Positions 26,820-37,007 are shown, numbered from the stretch's first letter. The stretch: DNA of 64,000 nucleotides from Bacteroidia bacterium (GCA_046330075.1 JAXLTL010000001.1:652481-716480), one strand, 5' to 3'. Translations and numbers: made by a program. The notes: generated by a model not told the origin, from the sequence alone.

Positions 26820-27948
26820 TCTGCCTCAGGAATTGCCCTGCCCTGACCCGGAAACGCTGGTCAGGTATTGTCGCGGGGAATTGTCGCCTGCCGATCAGCA
26901 TCGGTTAGAAGCCCATGTTCTGGATTGCCCGCTGTGTGAGGATGCGCTCGAAGGAATCGGTCTCATGGAAAATCCGGGTCGCCTGATTTCCATCAATCAT
27001 GAAATTCAAGCATCAATTGCGGAGATGAATGCCCCCACTCCTCAGGCAAAAGTTATCCGGTTTTCGCCAATGAGAATCGCAGCCATTATCAGCCTGGTTC
27101 TGCTATCTGCTGCCACACTTTGGTACTTGTATCCGGATAAAAAATCAGAAGCTCTGTTTACACAGGAATACAAACCATACCCTCCTGCAACAAGAGCACC
27201 CTCAGAGCAAACAGCTCCCGTGGAGGAAGCTGAAAAAAACACCTCCGCTCCGGAGAAGCCGACAGGCAGCATCCCGGTCACTGCAACTCAACAAAGTGAA
27301 TCAGCCTCCAGCCCTACACCGGACAAATACAGGTATGTGACAACTACTGTTGAAGAGGTTGCCGATGAAGTCGCCTTAGACAAAGTCGCTTCTGAAAATA
27401 AAAACGACGAAGGAGGCACTAAGGAAACAGCGGAAGAACAAGTACAGGCAGCTCCTGCATCTGTACAAAAGCAGACCATGGAATCTGACTTGTTTACCGG
27501 CACTTCTGTTTCGAAGAATGAAAATGTAAATCAGAGGAAAGACGAAATAAAAGATAAAAGTCTTTCACAAAAGAAAATTTCAGCGGCGGTTGAGGCGCCA
27601 GCAGCTGATAAAACAGCAGATGAATTTGAAACCGGAATGAACTATTACCGGGACGCGCGATATGAGGAAGCATTGAACAGTTTCAATAAATCCTATTACA
27701 ATGTCGAAGCTAGATTTTATGCGGGAGTATGTAATCTGAGTCTGAATAAACCAGATGAAGCCTTGAAAATTTTAAGAGCATACATGGGGCAGCCAGGGGC
27801 TAAAAACAAAGAAGCTGCCTGGTGGTATATTGCACTGGCTCATGTAAGGAAAAATGAAACGAAGAATGCCAAAGAAGCATTAAATGAAGTGCTGAAATTC
27901 CATGGTGGATTTCAACAACAGGCAGAAGAACTGTTAAGAAAATTATGA
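26800..27948 (+). CDS. anti-sigma factor: N-terminal zinc-finger (HxxxCxxC), single TM, Pro/Ser/Thr/Glu-rich linker, C-terminal TPR-like domain
   Basis: EAHVLDCPLCEDALEG is a ZAS-like motif. TM AAIISLVLLSAATLWYL. Overlaps the sigma gene by 20 nt (translational coupling). Confidence 0.65.
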   Translation: MNINGNNLPQELPCPDPETLVRYCRGELSPADQHRLEAHVLDCPLCEDALEGIGLMENPGRLISINHEIQASIAEMNAPTPQAKVIRFSPMRIAAIISLVLLSAATLWYLYPDKKSEALFTQEYKPYPPATRAPSEQTAPVEEAEKNTSAPEKPTGSIPVTATQQSESASSPTPDKYRYVTTTVEEVADEVALDKVASENKNDEGGTKETAEEQVQAAPASVQKQTMESDLFTGTSVSKNENVNQRKDEIKDKSLSQKKISAAVEAPAADKTADEFETGMNYYRDARYEEALNSFNKSYYNVEARFYAGVCNLSLNKPDEALKILRAYMGQPGAKNKEAAWWYIALAHVRKNETKNAKEALNEVLKFHGGFQQQAEELLRKL

Positions 27949-27984
27949 AACTCACAGTGAACTCCTCCCTAACTTTGTTTTTCT

Positions 27985-28599
27985 ATGAAAATCAGCCTTC
28001 AGTCGCTTATACTTGTATTCAGCGTATTGATAACCAGCACAGTTTATTGTCAAAGCCCATCAGAGAGTGAAAAATTCCCTGACGGGGTTTATTTTAGTTT
28101 CCAGCAGTTATCCTCGGGAAAGCCCGGATTAGAGGTTGGACAATTACGCAACGCTCATCTGAAAAATGTAAATCCCCGTCAATGGTTCAGAAGTGACAGT
28201 CTCTTCTGCGAAATCAATGGAAATATTCGCCATGTGCCAGTCGACAGCATATATGCCTTTTGTGATGAAGGGCAGATTTATATGCAACGCAAGACTTTTG
28301 CGCACAAGATCCTTGTTCCGGGAGCACTTAGTTATTTTACAGAGAGCTACCCCATTAAATCATCTCCTGCTCCGGTAAGCATTGATCTTGCCCGTGATCT
28401 GATCCCCCGGATACTCGATTTTGAAACAGGTGAAATTATATCGTATTCGGTCAGCGAAGTAGAAGAAATTTTAAAAGAAAGAGATCCTGATTTATACAAG
28501 GAATTTACGGGGCTTGACTCTCCTAAAATGAAGCGCCAGTTATTGATCCGATACATTGAAAAATATAATGAACGGCACCCTTTAAAGATTACCGGATAA
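27985..28599 (+). CDS. hypothetical secreted protein
   Basis: Signal peptide MKISLQSLILVFSVLITSTVYCQS. Confidence 0.45.
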   Translation: MKISLQSLILVFSVLITSTVYCQSPSESEKFPDGVYFSFQQLSSGKPGLEVGQLRNAHLKNVNPRQWFRSDSLFCEINGNIRHVPVDSIYAFCDEGQIYMQRKTFAHKILVPGALSYFTESYPIKSSPAPVSIDLARDLIPRILDFETGEIISYSVSEVEEILKERDPDLYKEFTGLDSPKMKRQLLIRYIEKYNERHPLKITG

Positions 28600-28601
28600 C
28601 T

Positions 28602-29603
28602 TTGAAAGCGCTCATCATTCAAACAGCCTTTATTGGGGATGTGATTCTGGCAACTCCGGTAATATCTGAATTGCACAGATGCCGGCCGGATCTGCAGACT
28701 GATGTTCTGGTAAGAAAAGGAAATGAATCGTTACTCGATAATTTTGCAGGAATAAACCGGGTTCTGACCTGGGATAAGAAAACCAATAAAAACAGGAACC
28801 TTTTTCTGCTACTACAGCATTTGCGTGATGAGCAATATGATCTGGTCATTAATCTTCAGCGTTTTTTGTCGACCGGCCTGCTTACCGCATTTGGCAAGGC
28901 CTCTGAAAAAATCGGCTTTGACAAAAATCCAATGTCGTTTTTCTTTACTAAAAAAATCAAACACCGGATTGGTGGAAACACCTCTTCATTGCACGAGACA
29001 CAACGGAATCTTAGGTTGATTGAACATCTGGGCGCTTCATTGTCTGCCCGGCCTGTATTATTCCCGTCACAAAACGACTACGCGCATACGAATCAATACA
29101 AAAAGCAGTCATACGTTTGTATAGCACCCACGTCTGTCTGGTTTACCAAACAGGTTCCGAATTCTAAGTGGGCCGAACTTCTTTCCTCGATACGAAGCGC
29201 TGGATTTTCAGGGCCGGTTTATTTGCTTGGAGGTCCGGCAGATGCCTCTTCCTGTCAGCAATTGATTAATCAGGCAAAAGAAAAGAATATTCACAATCTT
29301 GCTGGCAAACTCAGTTTCCTGGAAACTGCAGCCTTAATGAAGGATGCCAGTATGAATTATGTAAACGACTCAGCTCCCATGCATATCGCATCCTCTATGA
29401 ATGCTCCGGTTACGGTTTTTTATTGCAGTACCATCCCGGCGTTCGGTTTTGGACCTCTGTCTGATAAAAAATATATTCACGAAGTTTCTCACTTGCCATG
29501 CCGGCCATGTGGTTTACATGGATACAAGGCCTGCCCTGAAAGACATTTTAAATGTGCATTTCAACTGGACATGACGGTTAACAGTGTTCACATAAACGCA
29601 TGA
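28602..29603 (+). CDS. glycosyltransferase family 9 (LPS heptosyltransferase-like)
   Basis: MKALIIQTAFIGDVILATPVISEL and the C-terminal NDSAPMHIA motif typical of RfaF/WaaC/WaaQ. Confidence 0.8.
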   Translation: MKALIIQTAFIGDVILATPVISELHRCRPDLQTDVLVRKGNESLLDNFAGINRVLTWDKKTNKNRNLFLLLQHLRDEQYDLVINLQRFLSTGLLTAFGKASEKIGFDKNPMSFFFTKKIKHRIGGNTSSLHETQRNLRLIEHLGASLSARPVLFPSQNDYAHTNQYKKQSYVCIAPTSVWFTKQVPNSKWAELLSSIRSAGFSGPVYLLGGPADASSCQQLINQAKEKNIHNLAGKLSFLETAALMKDASMNYVNDSAPMHIASSMNAPVTVFYCSTIPAFGFGPLSDKKYIHEVSHLPCRPCGLHGYKACPERHFKCAFQLDMTVNSVHINA

Positions 29604-30076
29604 GAAAAGAGGATCTAATCCGGCAATTTCAGTTATTGCCGCACCCTGAAGGAGGTTATTACAGGGAAACCTGGAGATCAACTGAGAAAGTAGCAACTAC
29701 AAGAGGTAGCCGAAGTGCCGGAACCACTATCTATTTCCTGCTGGAGTCCGGAAATTTTTCAGCTTTCCACCGGCTGCAGAGTGATGAAGCCTGGTATTTT
29801 CATCTTGGCTCTGCTGTCAATATTTATCTGATCTATCCGGATGGGGAAGCAGCAACAATACAACTGGGAAGCGATCTCAACCATCAACACCTTCAGGTTA
29901 TTCTTCCTGCAGGAACATGGTTTGCAGCCGAAACTATTCAGTCCAACAGTTATACGCTTGTCAGTTGCAGTGTCTCCCCCGGATTTGAATTTCAGGACTT
30001 CGAACTGGCGGATAAAGAAGAACTGGCTGCGCAATACCCTGACCATCGCCAATTGATAGAACGATTTTGCCGTTAA
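29600..30076 (+). CDS. cupin-fold protein, DUF985 family
   Basis: LIRQFQLLPHPEGGYYRETWRS...IYFLLESGNFSAFHRLQSDEAWYFHLG. Overlaps the GT9 stop by 4 nt. Confidence 0.7.
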   Translation: MRKEDLIRQFQLLPHPEGGYYRETWRSTEKVATTRGSRSAGTTIYFLLESGNFSAFHRLQSDEAWYFHLGSAVNIYLIYPDGEAATIQLGSDLNHQHLQVILPAGTWFAAETIQSNSYTLVSCSVSPGFEFQDFELADKEELAAQYPDHRQLIERFCR

Positions 30077-30160
30077 GTCCTGACCGAAATCAGTGACAAC
30101 CAAAAAACGGTCAACCGGAAATAGTAGTACGATGACTATCTTTGAGAAAAATGCACATCC

Positions 30161-30373
30161 ATGGAGAAAAAATCCGCTTTGATTCTATCCTTCCTCGCCG
30201 GAGCTGCCGCCGGAGCTGCGGTTGGTTATCTACTTGCCAGTGGCAAAGGGGAAGAAGCACTTGCTGATCTGAAAGAGGCTGCCGGAAAATTCAAGGAAGA
30301 ATTCGACAAGCAAATCGACAAAGGCAAGGAAGTACTGGAAGAGATTAAAAACATGAGTGAGCAAAAAGCATGA
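30161..30373 (+). CDS. YtxH-domain small membrane-anchored protein
   Basis: N-terminal TM with GAAAGAAVGYLLASGKG, then a coiled coil rich in Lys and Glu. Confidence 0.6.
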   Translation: MEKKSALILSFLAGAAAGAAVGYLLASGKGEEALADLKEAAGKFKEEFDKQIDKGKEVLEEIKNMSEQKA

Positions 30374-30759
30374 CAGAAAAAGAGCACTACACGTTTGGTA
30401 GTTTTGCCCGGGAATTAAGGGAAGACATAGCGGCCTATGTTGATGCACGAATCGAGTACACAAAATTCAGTGCTTATGAAAAATCTGCCCGATTGATTTC
30501 CGGGGCAACAACGGTAATCCTAATTGGTCTTCTCTCCTTTTTTGCCATCTTGTTTTTATCGTTCACTTTAGCACTAATACTTGGCAATTGGTTAGGAAAC
30601 CCTGTTTGGGGTTACGGCCTTGTTACCCTGCTGGACATACTTGGTGTAGTGATTATTGTATCCCGCAAGTCTGTGATCGAAGAACGCATTACACAAAAGG
30701 TAGTAGAGCGCCTTTTAGAGGAAAACGAAGAAATCCCTCCAACTGATGAAACCGCTTGA
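30370..30759 (+). CDS. phage-holin-superfamily-III-like (Holin-X) membrane protein
   Basis: Two central TM helices (TTVILIGLLSFFAILFLSFTLALILG; GYGLVTLLDILGVVIIV). The position after a YtxH gene is the typical Bacteroidetes trio. Overlaps the upstream gene by 4 nt. Confidence 0.5.
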   Translation: MTEKEHYTFGSFARELREDIAAYVDARIEYTKFSAYEKSARLISGATTVILIGLLSFFAILFLSFTLALILGNWLGNPVWGYGLVTLLDILGVVIIVSRKSVIEERITQKVVERLLEENEEIPPTDETA

Positions 30760-31072
30760 CCGATTAAAAGCTGAACAATCAAAGGCAAAAGCCGAGATGA
30801 AAATTCAGGAAGAGCGCATCAGCCGCAAGCTGCACGTGCTGGAAGAGAATTTTGGAAAAATCACTCTGAACAGCGTTCTACCGCTCGAACCTGGTCAAAT
30901 TGACAAAGCTGCCCGTTTTCTCAATCCTGTTAATTCGCTGATTGATAAAATCATACCTGATTCAATACCTGAGGACAAACGAGAGAAATACAAAGGGATG
31001 GTAAAAACCGTTGAAATGGCAGCAGCTGGCCTTGTTTTTCGATATTTACGCAAGTGGATGGGCGGCAAATAG
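30746..31072 (+). CDS. hypothetical coiled-coil protein (third member of the YtxH trio)
   Basis: Overlaps the preceding gene by 14 nt. N-terminal coiled coil LKAEQSKAKAEMKIQEERISRKLHVLEE. Confidence 0.4.
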   Translation: MKPLDRLKAEQSKAKAEMKIQEERISRKLHVLEENFGKITLNSVLPLEPGQIDKAARFLNPVNSLIDKIIPDSIPEDKREKYKGMVKTVEMAAAGLVFRYLRKWMGGK

Positions 31073-31174
31073 GAAAATTTAGTTTTGATAATCAATATTA
31101 TACATATTTTTAAAATAATAGTTGTCTAAACATATATTGTACTTACATATATTTGTACAGACAAACATAGCAAC

Positions 31175-31759
31175 ATGAAAAAAACATTATTCACCCTACT
31201 CTTTGCCGCCACTACCTGGCTGGCATCTGCTCAAACCACATGGAATGTGGATGCTTCCCATTCTAATGTGAAATTCTCCGTTGTTCACATGGTTGTATCC
31301 GAGACTGAAGGTTATTTTAAGACCTATTCAGGAAAGGTTGTCTCAACTACTCCTGACTTCAATGGAGCTACAATCGAATTTACCGTTGATGTAAACAGCA
31401 TCAACACGGACAATGAAGATCGTGACAAACATCTTAAAAGTGATGACTTCTTTAATGCAGAGAAGTATCCGAAGATGACCTTTAAAAGCACATCATTCAA
31501 GAAAATCAGTGGTAACACCTATGAACTTACGGGCAACCTGACCATTCGTGACGTCACCAAGCAAGTTACTTTTCAGGTAACATACGGAGGCACAGCAAAA
31601 GACCCCTGGGGTAATGTAAAGGCTGGTTTTAAAGCCAAAGGCAAAATCAATCGTAAGGACTACAACCTCAAATGGAGTGTCTTAACTGAGGCAGGTGGCA
31701 TGGTTGTAAGCGAAGATGTTGATATTCTCCTGAACATCGAATTAGTTCAGGCAAAATAA
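31175..31759 (+). CDS. YceI-family periplasmic polyisoprenoid-binding protein
   Basis: Signal peptide, then WNVDASHSNVKFSVVHMVVSETEGYFK and an 8-stranded barrel pattern typical of YceI. Confidence 0.8.
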   Translation: MKKTLFTLLFAATTWLASAQTTWNVDASHSNVKFSVVHMVVSETEGYFKTYSGKVVSTTPDFNGATIEFTVDVNSINTDNEDRDKHLKSDDFFNAEKYPKMTFKSTSFKKISGNTYELTGNLTIRDVTKQVTFQVTYGGTAKDPWGNVKAGFKAKGKINRKDYNLKWSVLTEAGGMVVSEDVDILLNIELVQAK

Positions 31760-31778
31760 CTCCTAAATTCAGGTATAA

Positions 31779-31807
31779 AGCCGGCGAATGCCGGCTTTTT
31801 TTGTTTT
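31779..31807 (+). terminator. rho-independent terminator
   Basis: AAGCCGGCgaatGCCGGCTT followed by TTTTTTTGTTTT. Confidence 0.6.
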
Positions 31808-31859
31808 AAAGACGGCAACGCACTTTCATGCATCATCCTAAATCGTTATTTTTGACTGC

Positions 31860-32324
31860 ATGCATCAGCCTCTTCAGGAAGCAATCCACCAGCGGAAATT
31901 CCGGAACATCCATCAGGAAGTACAAATTAATATTATTTACACTTCCAGCTGGATCGTTGACATCCATCAAAAAATTTTCAAGAAATACGGATTAAGTTCA
32001 CAGCAATACAATGTACTGAGAATTCTGCGGGGAGCTTTGCCGGAGGCTTTGAGTCTGGGGTTGATCAAAAGCAGAATGCTGGACCGAATGAGTGACACCA
32101 GCCGTATCGTTGAAAGGTTGCGCAAATCCGGACTTATCAAACGCACAACCAACTCATCGGACCGGCGGGTGGCGAAGATCACGATTTCTGAGAAAGGTTT
32201 AGCCCTGCTATCTGAAATGGAATCTGAAGAAAAGAACATGGATAAAGTTAGTCATGCTTTAACGGATGAAGAAATTGCCATGCTCAATCAGTTATTAAAC
32301 AAAATGCGTTCCGTTACACTTTAA
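31860..32324 (+). CDS. MarR-family transcriptional regulator
   Basis: Winged-helix segment SSQQYNVLRILRGALPEALSLGLIKSRMLDRMSDTSRIVERLRKSGLIKR. Confidence 0.8.
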   Translation: MHQPLQEAIHQRKFRNIHQEVQINIIYTSSWIVDIHQKIFKKYGLSSQQYNVLRILRGALPEALSLGLIKSRMLDRMSDTSRIVERLRKSGLIKRTTNSSDRRVAKITISEKGLALLSEMESEEKNMDKVSHALTDEEIAMLNQLLNKMRSVTL

Positions 32325-32341
32325 AGCAGATTAACGCTGCT

Positions 32342-33823
32342 ATGACAGTAATAGATCAATCAGAAGAAAGGCGCGGAAACAACTTCACGCTCATTGCCGG
32401 CCCCCTGGTTTTCCTGATCAGTTTTTTCATCGACTCGCCCGATCCCTTTTATCCGTTTCTTCCTCAAATGATCAGTATAACTCTTTGGATGGCCATTTGG
32501 TGGTTAAGTGAATGCGTGCATATTGCAGTTACTTCCTTCTTACCTTTCATCCTGCTGCCTGCTTGTGGTATCGCAGATGTAAAAGTTATTTCAGCTCAAT
32601 ACATGGACCCTATACTTTTTCTATTCATTGGGGGCTTTCTGATTGCATTTGCCATAGAAAAATGGGGCTTGCATCGAAGACTTGCATTAGGTATTTTATC
32701 CTCTACCGGCAAAACATCCGGCAGCGTTCTTACCGGTGTTATGGCTACTTCCTTCCTGCTTTCCATGTGGATTTCAAATACAGCCACAGTCATGATGCTT
32801 ATTTCTGCGGTACTGGCTGTTATACTTCAGCTGAAAGATCACATTCAAAGTAAAGAAACTCACAGAAGACTTTCTGCGGCCTTACTCATCGGCCTGGCTT
32901 ACTCAGCAAATATTGGCGGTATGGCCACCCTGGTTGGGACACCCACCAATATGATATTCTACCGGTTCTATATGGAACAATACGGCCAAAACTATCCCAT
33001 TAGTTTTTTAGGATGGATGGCATTCGCTTTACCCATTGCACTCCTACTGCTATTGATCACCAGGCTGACGTTGAAATATACGCTCCTGAAAAATGATGCA
33101 TCGCTGCCTTTCGACCGGTCACTGTTTACCGCACAACGAAAAGCACTTGGCCCATGGAGTTCGGACGAAAAGAAAACAGCTTTTATTTTTGGTATGACCG
33201 TTTTACTTTGGTTTACGCGGGAAAGCATCGAATTCGGATCTTATCATTTCACAGGATGGTCAGGACTCTTCCCTTTTCCGACTCAGATTACTGACGGTAC
33301 CGTTGCCGTTTTCATGGCCTTGTTACTATTTACCATTCCATCAGGAACAGAGAAAGGGAGGACCCTTTTATCGTGGAATGAAGCAGCCAAAATTCCCTAT
33401 GAGATCATTTTACTCTTTGGCAGTGGTTTCGCCCTGTCAAAGGGATTTGAAACATCCGGTCTCAGCAATTTTATTGCACAGAAACTCCACGGACTTAAAG
33501 ACTTTGATTTACTCACACTGGTGTTGATTATCGGGGCCATTGTAACTCTGATCAGCGAATTTGCCTCCAACGTCGCCAGCATACAATTGGTAATGCCAAT
33601 TTTAATAGCGTTACATTCCAGCATCGGACACCACCCGGCATTACTTATGGTTACCGCGGCATTGTCTGCATCTTTGGGATTCATGCTTCCGGTTGCTACA
33701 GCACCAAACACGATTGTTTATTCCAGCGGTCACATTAAAGTCAGGGAAATGGTACTGGCCGGGTTCATTATTGATCTTGCCGGTATACTTGTGATTTCCT
33801 TCTTCATCAGATATTTCTTCTGA
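32342..33823 (+). CDS. SLC13/DASS-family anion:sodium symporter
   Basis: Duplicated hairpin motifs SANIGGMATLVGTPTN and VATAPNTIVYSSG. About 13 TM. Confidence 0.85.
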   Translation: MTVIDQSEERRGNNFTLIAGPLVFLISFFIDSPDPFYPFLPQMISITLWMAIWWLSECVHIAVTSFLPFILLPACGIADVKVISAQYMDPILFLFIGGFLIAFAIEKWGLHRRLALGILSSTGKTSGSVLTGVMATSFLLSMWISNTATVMMLISAVLAVILQLKDHIQSKETHRRLSAALLIGLAYSANIGGMATLVGTPTNMIFYRFYMEQYGQNYPISFLGWMAFALPIALLLLLITRLTLKYTLLKNDASLPFDRSLFTAQRKALGPWSSDEKKTAFIFGMTVLLWFTRESIEFGSYHFTGWSGLFPFPTQITDGTVAVFMALLLFTIPSGTEKGRTLLSWNEAAKIPYEIILLFGSGFALSKGFETSGLSNFIAQKLHGLKDFDLLTLVLIIGAIVTLISEFASNVASIQLVMPILIALHSSIGHHPALLMVTAALSASLGFMLPVATAPNTIVYSSGHIKVREMVLAGFIIDLAGILVISFFIRYFF

Positions 33824-33917
33824 TTCGAACACTTTTTTAAATATTTCTTACATCTAACTCTTTTGAATCAACTAATGGGGAACAGCCTGCGTTTCACATG
33901 TGATATTGAGTTAAGAG

Positions 33918-36900
33918 ATGATGAGATTAATGTGTCGAATTATAATGGCTTTTCTTGTTACCCTGCTGCTCCCACAAAATAGCAGGGGACAAATCTGCTT
34001 TGACTGCGGAGACGGGCATTCGGGACCACTGATGGTTCTAAAAGACAGCACCCTCCCTTCAGGGGTATACAATTTTACCGACGTTTATATAGCGGAAGGT
34101 ACAGAACTGCGGTTTTCGGGAAATTCAGCCATTGTTTTTCGTTGTAAGGGATCTGTTGTAGTTGACGGCAAAATCAATCTTGCAGGTGAAAATGGCCAAA
34201 ATGCAAACGATAATCTTACATCAGCAATACCGGGACAAGGAGCACCCGGAGGATATTCCGGAGCATCCGGAATGCCGGGCAACCTGTTATCGTCATCAGG
34301 CCAGAATGGAAACGGTACCGGTTATGGACCCGGCGGTATATCGGCTGGCGGAGCTGGTGCTGGCTATGGATCAGCAGGCTATTCCTGCCAGGGAACACTC
34401 TTCAATACCTACAGCGACTCCTCCCTCGTTCTGAATGAAGGTGGCAGTGGTGGCGGTAGCGGAGCTGTAATCAATGGATATTCTTCGGGAGCAGGTGGTG
34501 GTGGTGGTGGCAACTTATCAATTTACTCGTGCAATCCGATCATCATTGGCATACATGGAGAAATTAACCTGAATGGAGGAAATGGCGGAGATGGTTACCA
34601 ATATGGAACCGGAGGCGGAGGCGGATCCGGAGGCAGATTATTCTTAACCGCGAAATCAATCGATATTCAGGGATTGGTTACTGCGATTGGAGGCTCAGGA
34701 GGTAAGTGTCCTTTAAATTCCGCCCAATGTTATCAAGGAGGAAACGGCGGAAACGGAAGAATTCGCATTGACAATACCGACATTACACTGACAGGTATAG
34801 TATTGCCCGGCCATTATTCAAAAGTGCTTTTTGATGCAGGTATCCGACGAGTGGTAGATGCCAAATGTTTTGGCACTGCAACCGGATTTATCAGAGGCAG
34901 AGCGAGTGGCGGCGAACATCCTTATACATTTCTTTGGTCGAATGGCAAAACAAGTCATGAACTTACCAATATTCCTGCGGGCACTTACACCCTCACGATC
35001 ACGGATGCCACCGGCTGTTCAATAACAGAGCATGCAAATGTAGCGCAGCCTGATCCCATAGAAGCAGCAGTATCCACTTACCCGCCAACATGCGATAATG
35101 CCAACAACAGTATTGTTATTTATAATGCAAAAGGAGGCACACCCTTTCCATACGAAAACACGCTGGCAACTACACAATGGTCCAATATATCAGCCAATGG
35201 ATTGCTTTTCTCCTTTAATTTCAACACTGCGGCCAGCGTTAAACGTATAGCCCTGCAATTAAAGCAACCCGGGAACCAGCACCTCTCTATTTATTACAGG
35301 CAAGGTATTGCTACAGCATTTGCTAATGACTCAACGCAATGGCAGTTAATAAAAGACATTCAGTTTAATTATAACAGCACCGAAGATCTGATTCCAATTG
35401 ACCTTACTGCACTGCAGCATCTTGCATCCGGCAATCATACATTGTACATATACAGTTACAACAGTGCCATGCTGGGCGTCAGCAGCAATGTATTAGGGAA
35501 CACCTTCAACTTCGATCATCAGATGACGATCTATGCCGGCATGGCGCGTGCAACCGGCAACGACCCATTCTCAGCACCTCAGTCTGGAATAATGAATTTA
35601 TCCGGGCGAATAACGTATATCATCGATGCACCAAACGGAGAAAACTACCTCTATGGTAATAATCCCAATTCTCTCTCCATACAAACCGGGCAATCACCGG
35701 GTGAACACCAAACCATCATCACAGATGTGATGGGTTGTACAACTGCTGTTGATTATAAAATAGAAGCACCTGAATCTGTAACTATTGAACAGTTAACATC
35801 CCGGTCACCGGCCTGTCATAATTCAGACGACGGTTATATTGAAGTTAATGTCAACAATACCGATCTTAAAGGCTATGCTGCAACTCCACCATCAGCCACT
35901 ATTCCTCAATCCGGCATCTTCCTTCAGTATCAGACAAATGAGAATATTCTTTTAAACGGTATTGAACTTTACTCTTCCACCGCTGTAAACGTCTCGGTTT
36001 ACCTGAAACGCGGCGTATATTCCGGCTTCGAAAACGATGTTCAGTCCTGGGTGTTATCCGGTACAGTAAACTCCACGGCTCCTGATGACGGAGGCAGAGT
36101 AAAAATTTTTCTGCCGAACGGAATAGCACTTGATCCTGATGTATGGAGCATCTGTATACAGGTTAATACAGGATCAATCTACACACATCTGCAACGAGAG
36201 AATTTCATCCAATCTCCTGTATTGCATCTTCAATCGACAGCATACACCTGCTCTTCGGTCTTCAATCAGGTTACATTCATACCCGGAATCTATTTTGCCG
36301 GAACACTAACCTATACAATTCCCACAGGGCAGCTGAACTCCTACTGGAGCAATGCTGTTGCAGGAAACATTCTTCAAAACATCGGTGCAGGTACATATAC
36401 CTTTACAGTAGATTATAATGGAATGTGCAAGACCGAAAAAACTTTTATCCTTAATGAGCCTGCTCCGATATCTGCACAAGTTATGATCACCCCTGAAAAC
36501 GACAATCAGTCAGACGGCAGCATACAGCTCTATCCAGCTGGTGGCACACCACCCTATTTTATTCAATGGACGCAAACAGGTATTACAGGTCCGGTGATGC
36601 AACAACTTCCGGCCGGAACATATCCGGTTTTCATTGCTGACAGTCATGGCTGTATCTTCAGAGATTCCATCACATTAAACCGGTTCAACACGCCCATTAA
36701 AGAAGAAGGATGGCTCACCATACTGCCGAACCCGGGACATGGATATATCAAGGTTGGTGAAGAAGTAAAAGGAATGGAAAATTGTACACTCCGGGTATTT
36801 GATATTCTTGGCAGAATGGTTTTACAGGAAAACACAAGTATTTCAAGCCTGATGTCGGAGGGAATTGACCTTCACCACCTGATCGACGCAAATTATATAT

Positions 36901-36956
36901 TGCAGGTAAGTGATGAGGATCAGGTATTTCAGGCCAGGGCAATAATTATACATTAA
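33918..36956 (+). CDS. T9SS cargo protein: glycine-rich beta-helix-like N-terminal region, several SprB repeats, type-A C-terminal sorting domain
   Basis: Signal MMRLMCRIIMAFLVTLLLPQNSRGQ. Gly-rich segment (GGSGGGSGAVINGYSSGAGGGGGG...GGNGGDGYQYGTGGGGGSGG). SprB-type repeats (PYTFLWSNGKTSHELTNIPAGTYTLTITDATGCS; TYTFTVDYNGMCKTEKTF; YPVFIADSHGCIF). The C-terminus ...ANYILQVSDEDQVFQARAIIIH resembles the T9SS sorting domain. Confidence 0.75.
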   Translation: MMRLMCRIIMAFLVTLLLPQNSRGQICFDCGDGHSGPLMVLKDSTLPSGVYNFTDVYIAEGTELRFSGNSAIVFRCKGSVVVDGKINLAGENGQNANDNLTSAIPGQGAPGGYSGASGMPGNLLSSSGQNGNGTGYGPGGISAGGAGAGYGSAGYSCQGTLFNTYSDSSLVLNEGGSGGGSGAVINGYSSGAGGGGGGNLSIYSCNPIIIGIHGEINLNGGNGGDGYQYGTGGGGGSGGRLFLTAKSIDIQGLVTAIGGSGGKCPLNSAQCYQGGNGGNGRIRIDNTDITLTGIVLPGHYSKVLFDAGIRRVVDAKCFGTATGFIRGRASGGEHPYTFLWSNGKTSHELTNIPAGTYTLTITDATGCSITEHANVAQPDPIEAAVSTYPPTCDNANNSIVIYNAKGGTPFPYENTLATTQWSNISANGLLFSFNFNTAASVKRIALQLKQPGNQHLSIYYRQGIATAFANDSTQWQLIKDIQFNYNSTEDLIPIDLTALQHLASGNHTLYIYSYNSAMLGVSSNVLGNTFNFDHQMTIYAGMARATGNDPFSAPQSGIMNLSGRITYIIDAPNGENYLYGNNPNSLSIQTGQSPGEHQTIITDVMGCTTAVDYKIEAPESVTIEQLTSRSPACHNSDDGYIEVNVNNTDLKGYAATPPSATIPQSGIFLQYQTNENILLNGIELYSSTAVNVSVYLKRGVYSGFENDVQSWVLSGTVNSTAPDDGGRVKIFLPNGIALDPDVWSICIQVNTGSIYTHLQRENFIQSPVLHLQSTAYTCSSVFNQVTFIPGIYFAGTLTYTIPTGQLNSYWSNAVAGNILQNIGAGTYTFTVDYNGMCKTEKTFILNEPAPISAQVMITPENDNQSDGSIQLYPAGGTPPYFIQWTQTGITGPVMQQLPAGTYPVFIADSHGCIFRDSITLNRFNTPIKEEGWLTILPNPGHGYIKVGEEVKGMENCTLRVFDILGRMVLQENTSISSLMSEGIDLHHLIDANYILQVSDEDQVFQARAIIIH

Positions 36957-37007
36957 TATCCGGCTCTTCCGAACAATGCTTATTTTAGGGGCTCGATCCC
37001 GATAAGC

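Noticed and set aside
30370-30759. Prophage or lysis cassette suggested by the holin-like gene
   Set aside because: No endolysin, spanin, integrase, capsid or tail genes within 15 kb either side. The gene sits in the conserved YtxH trio, which is chromosomal in Bacteroidota.
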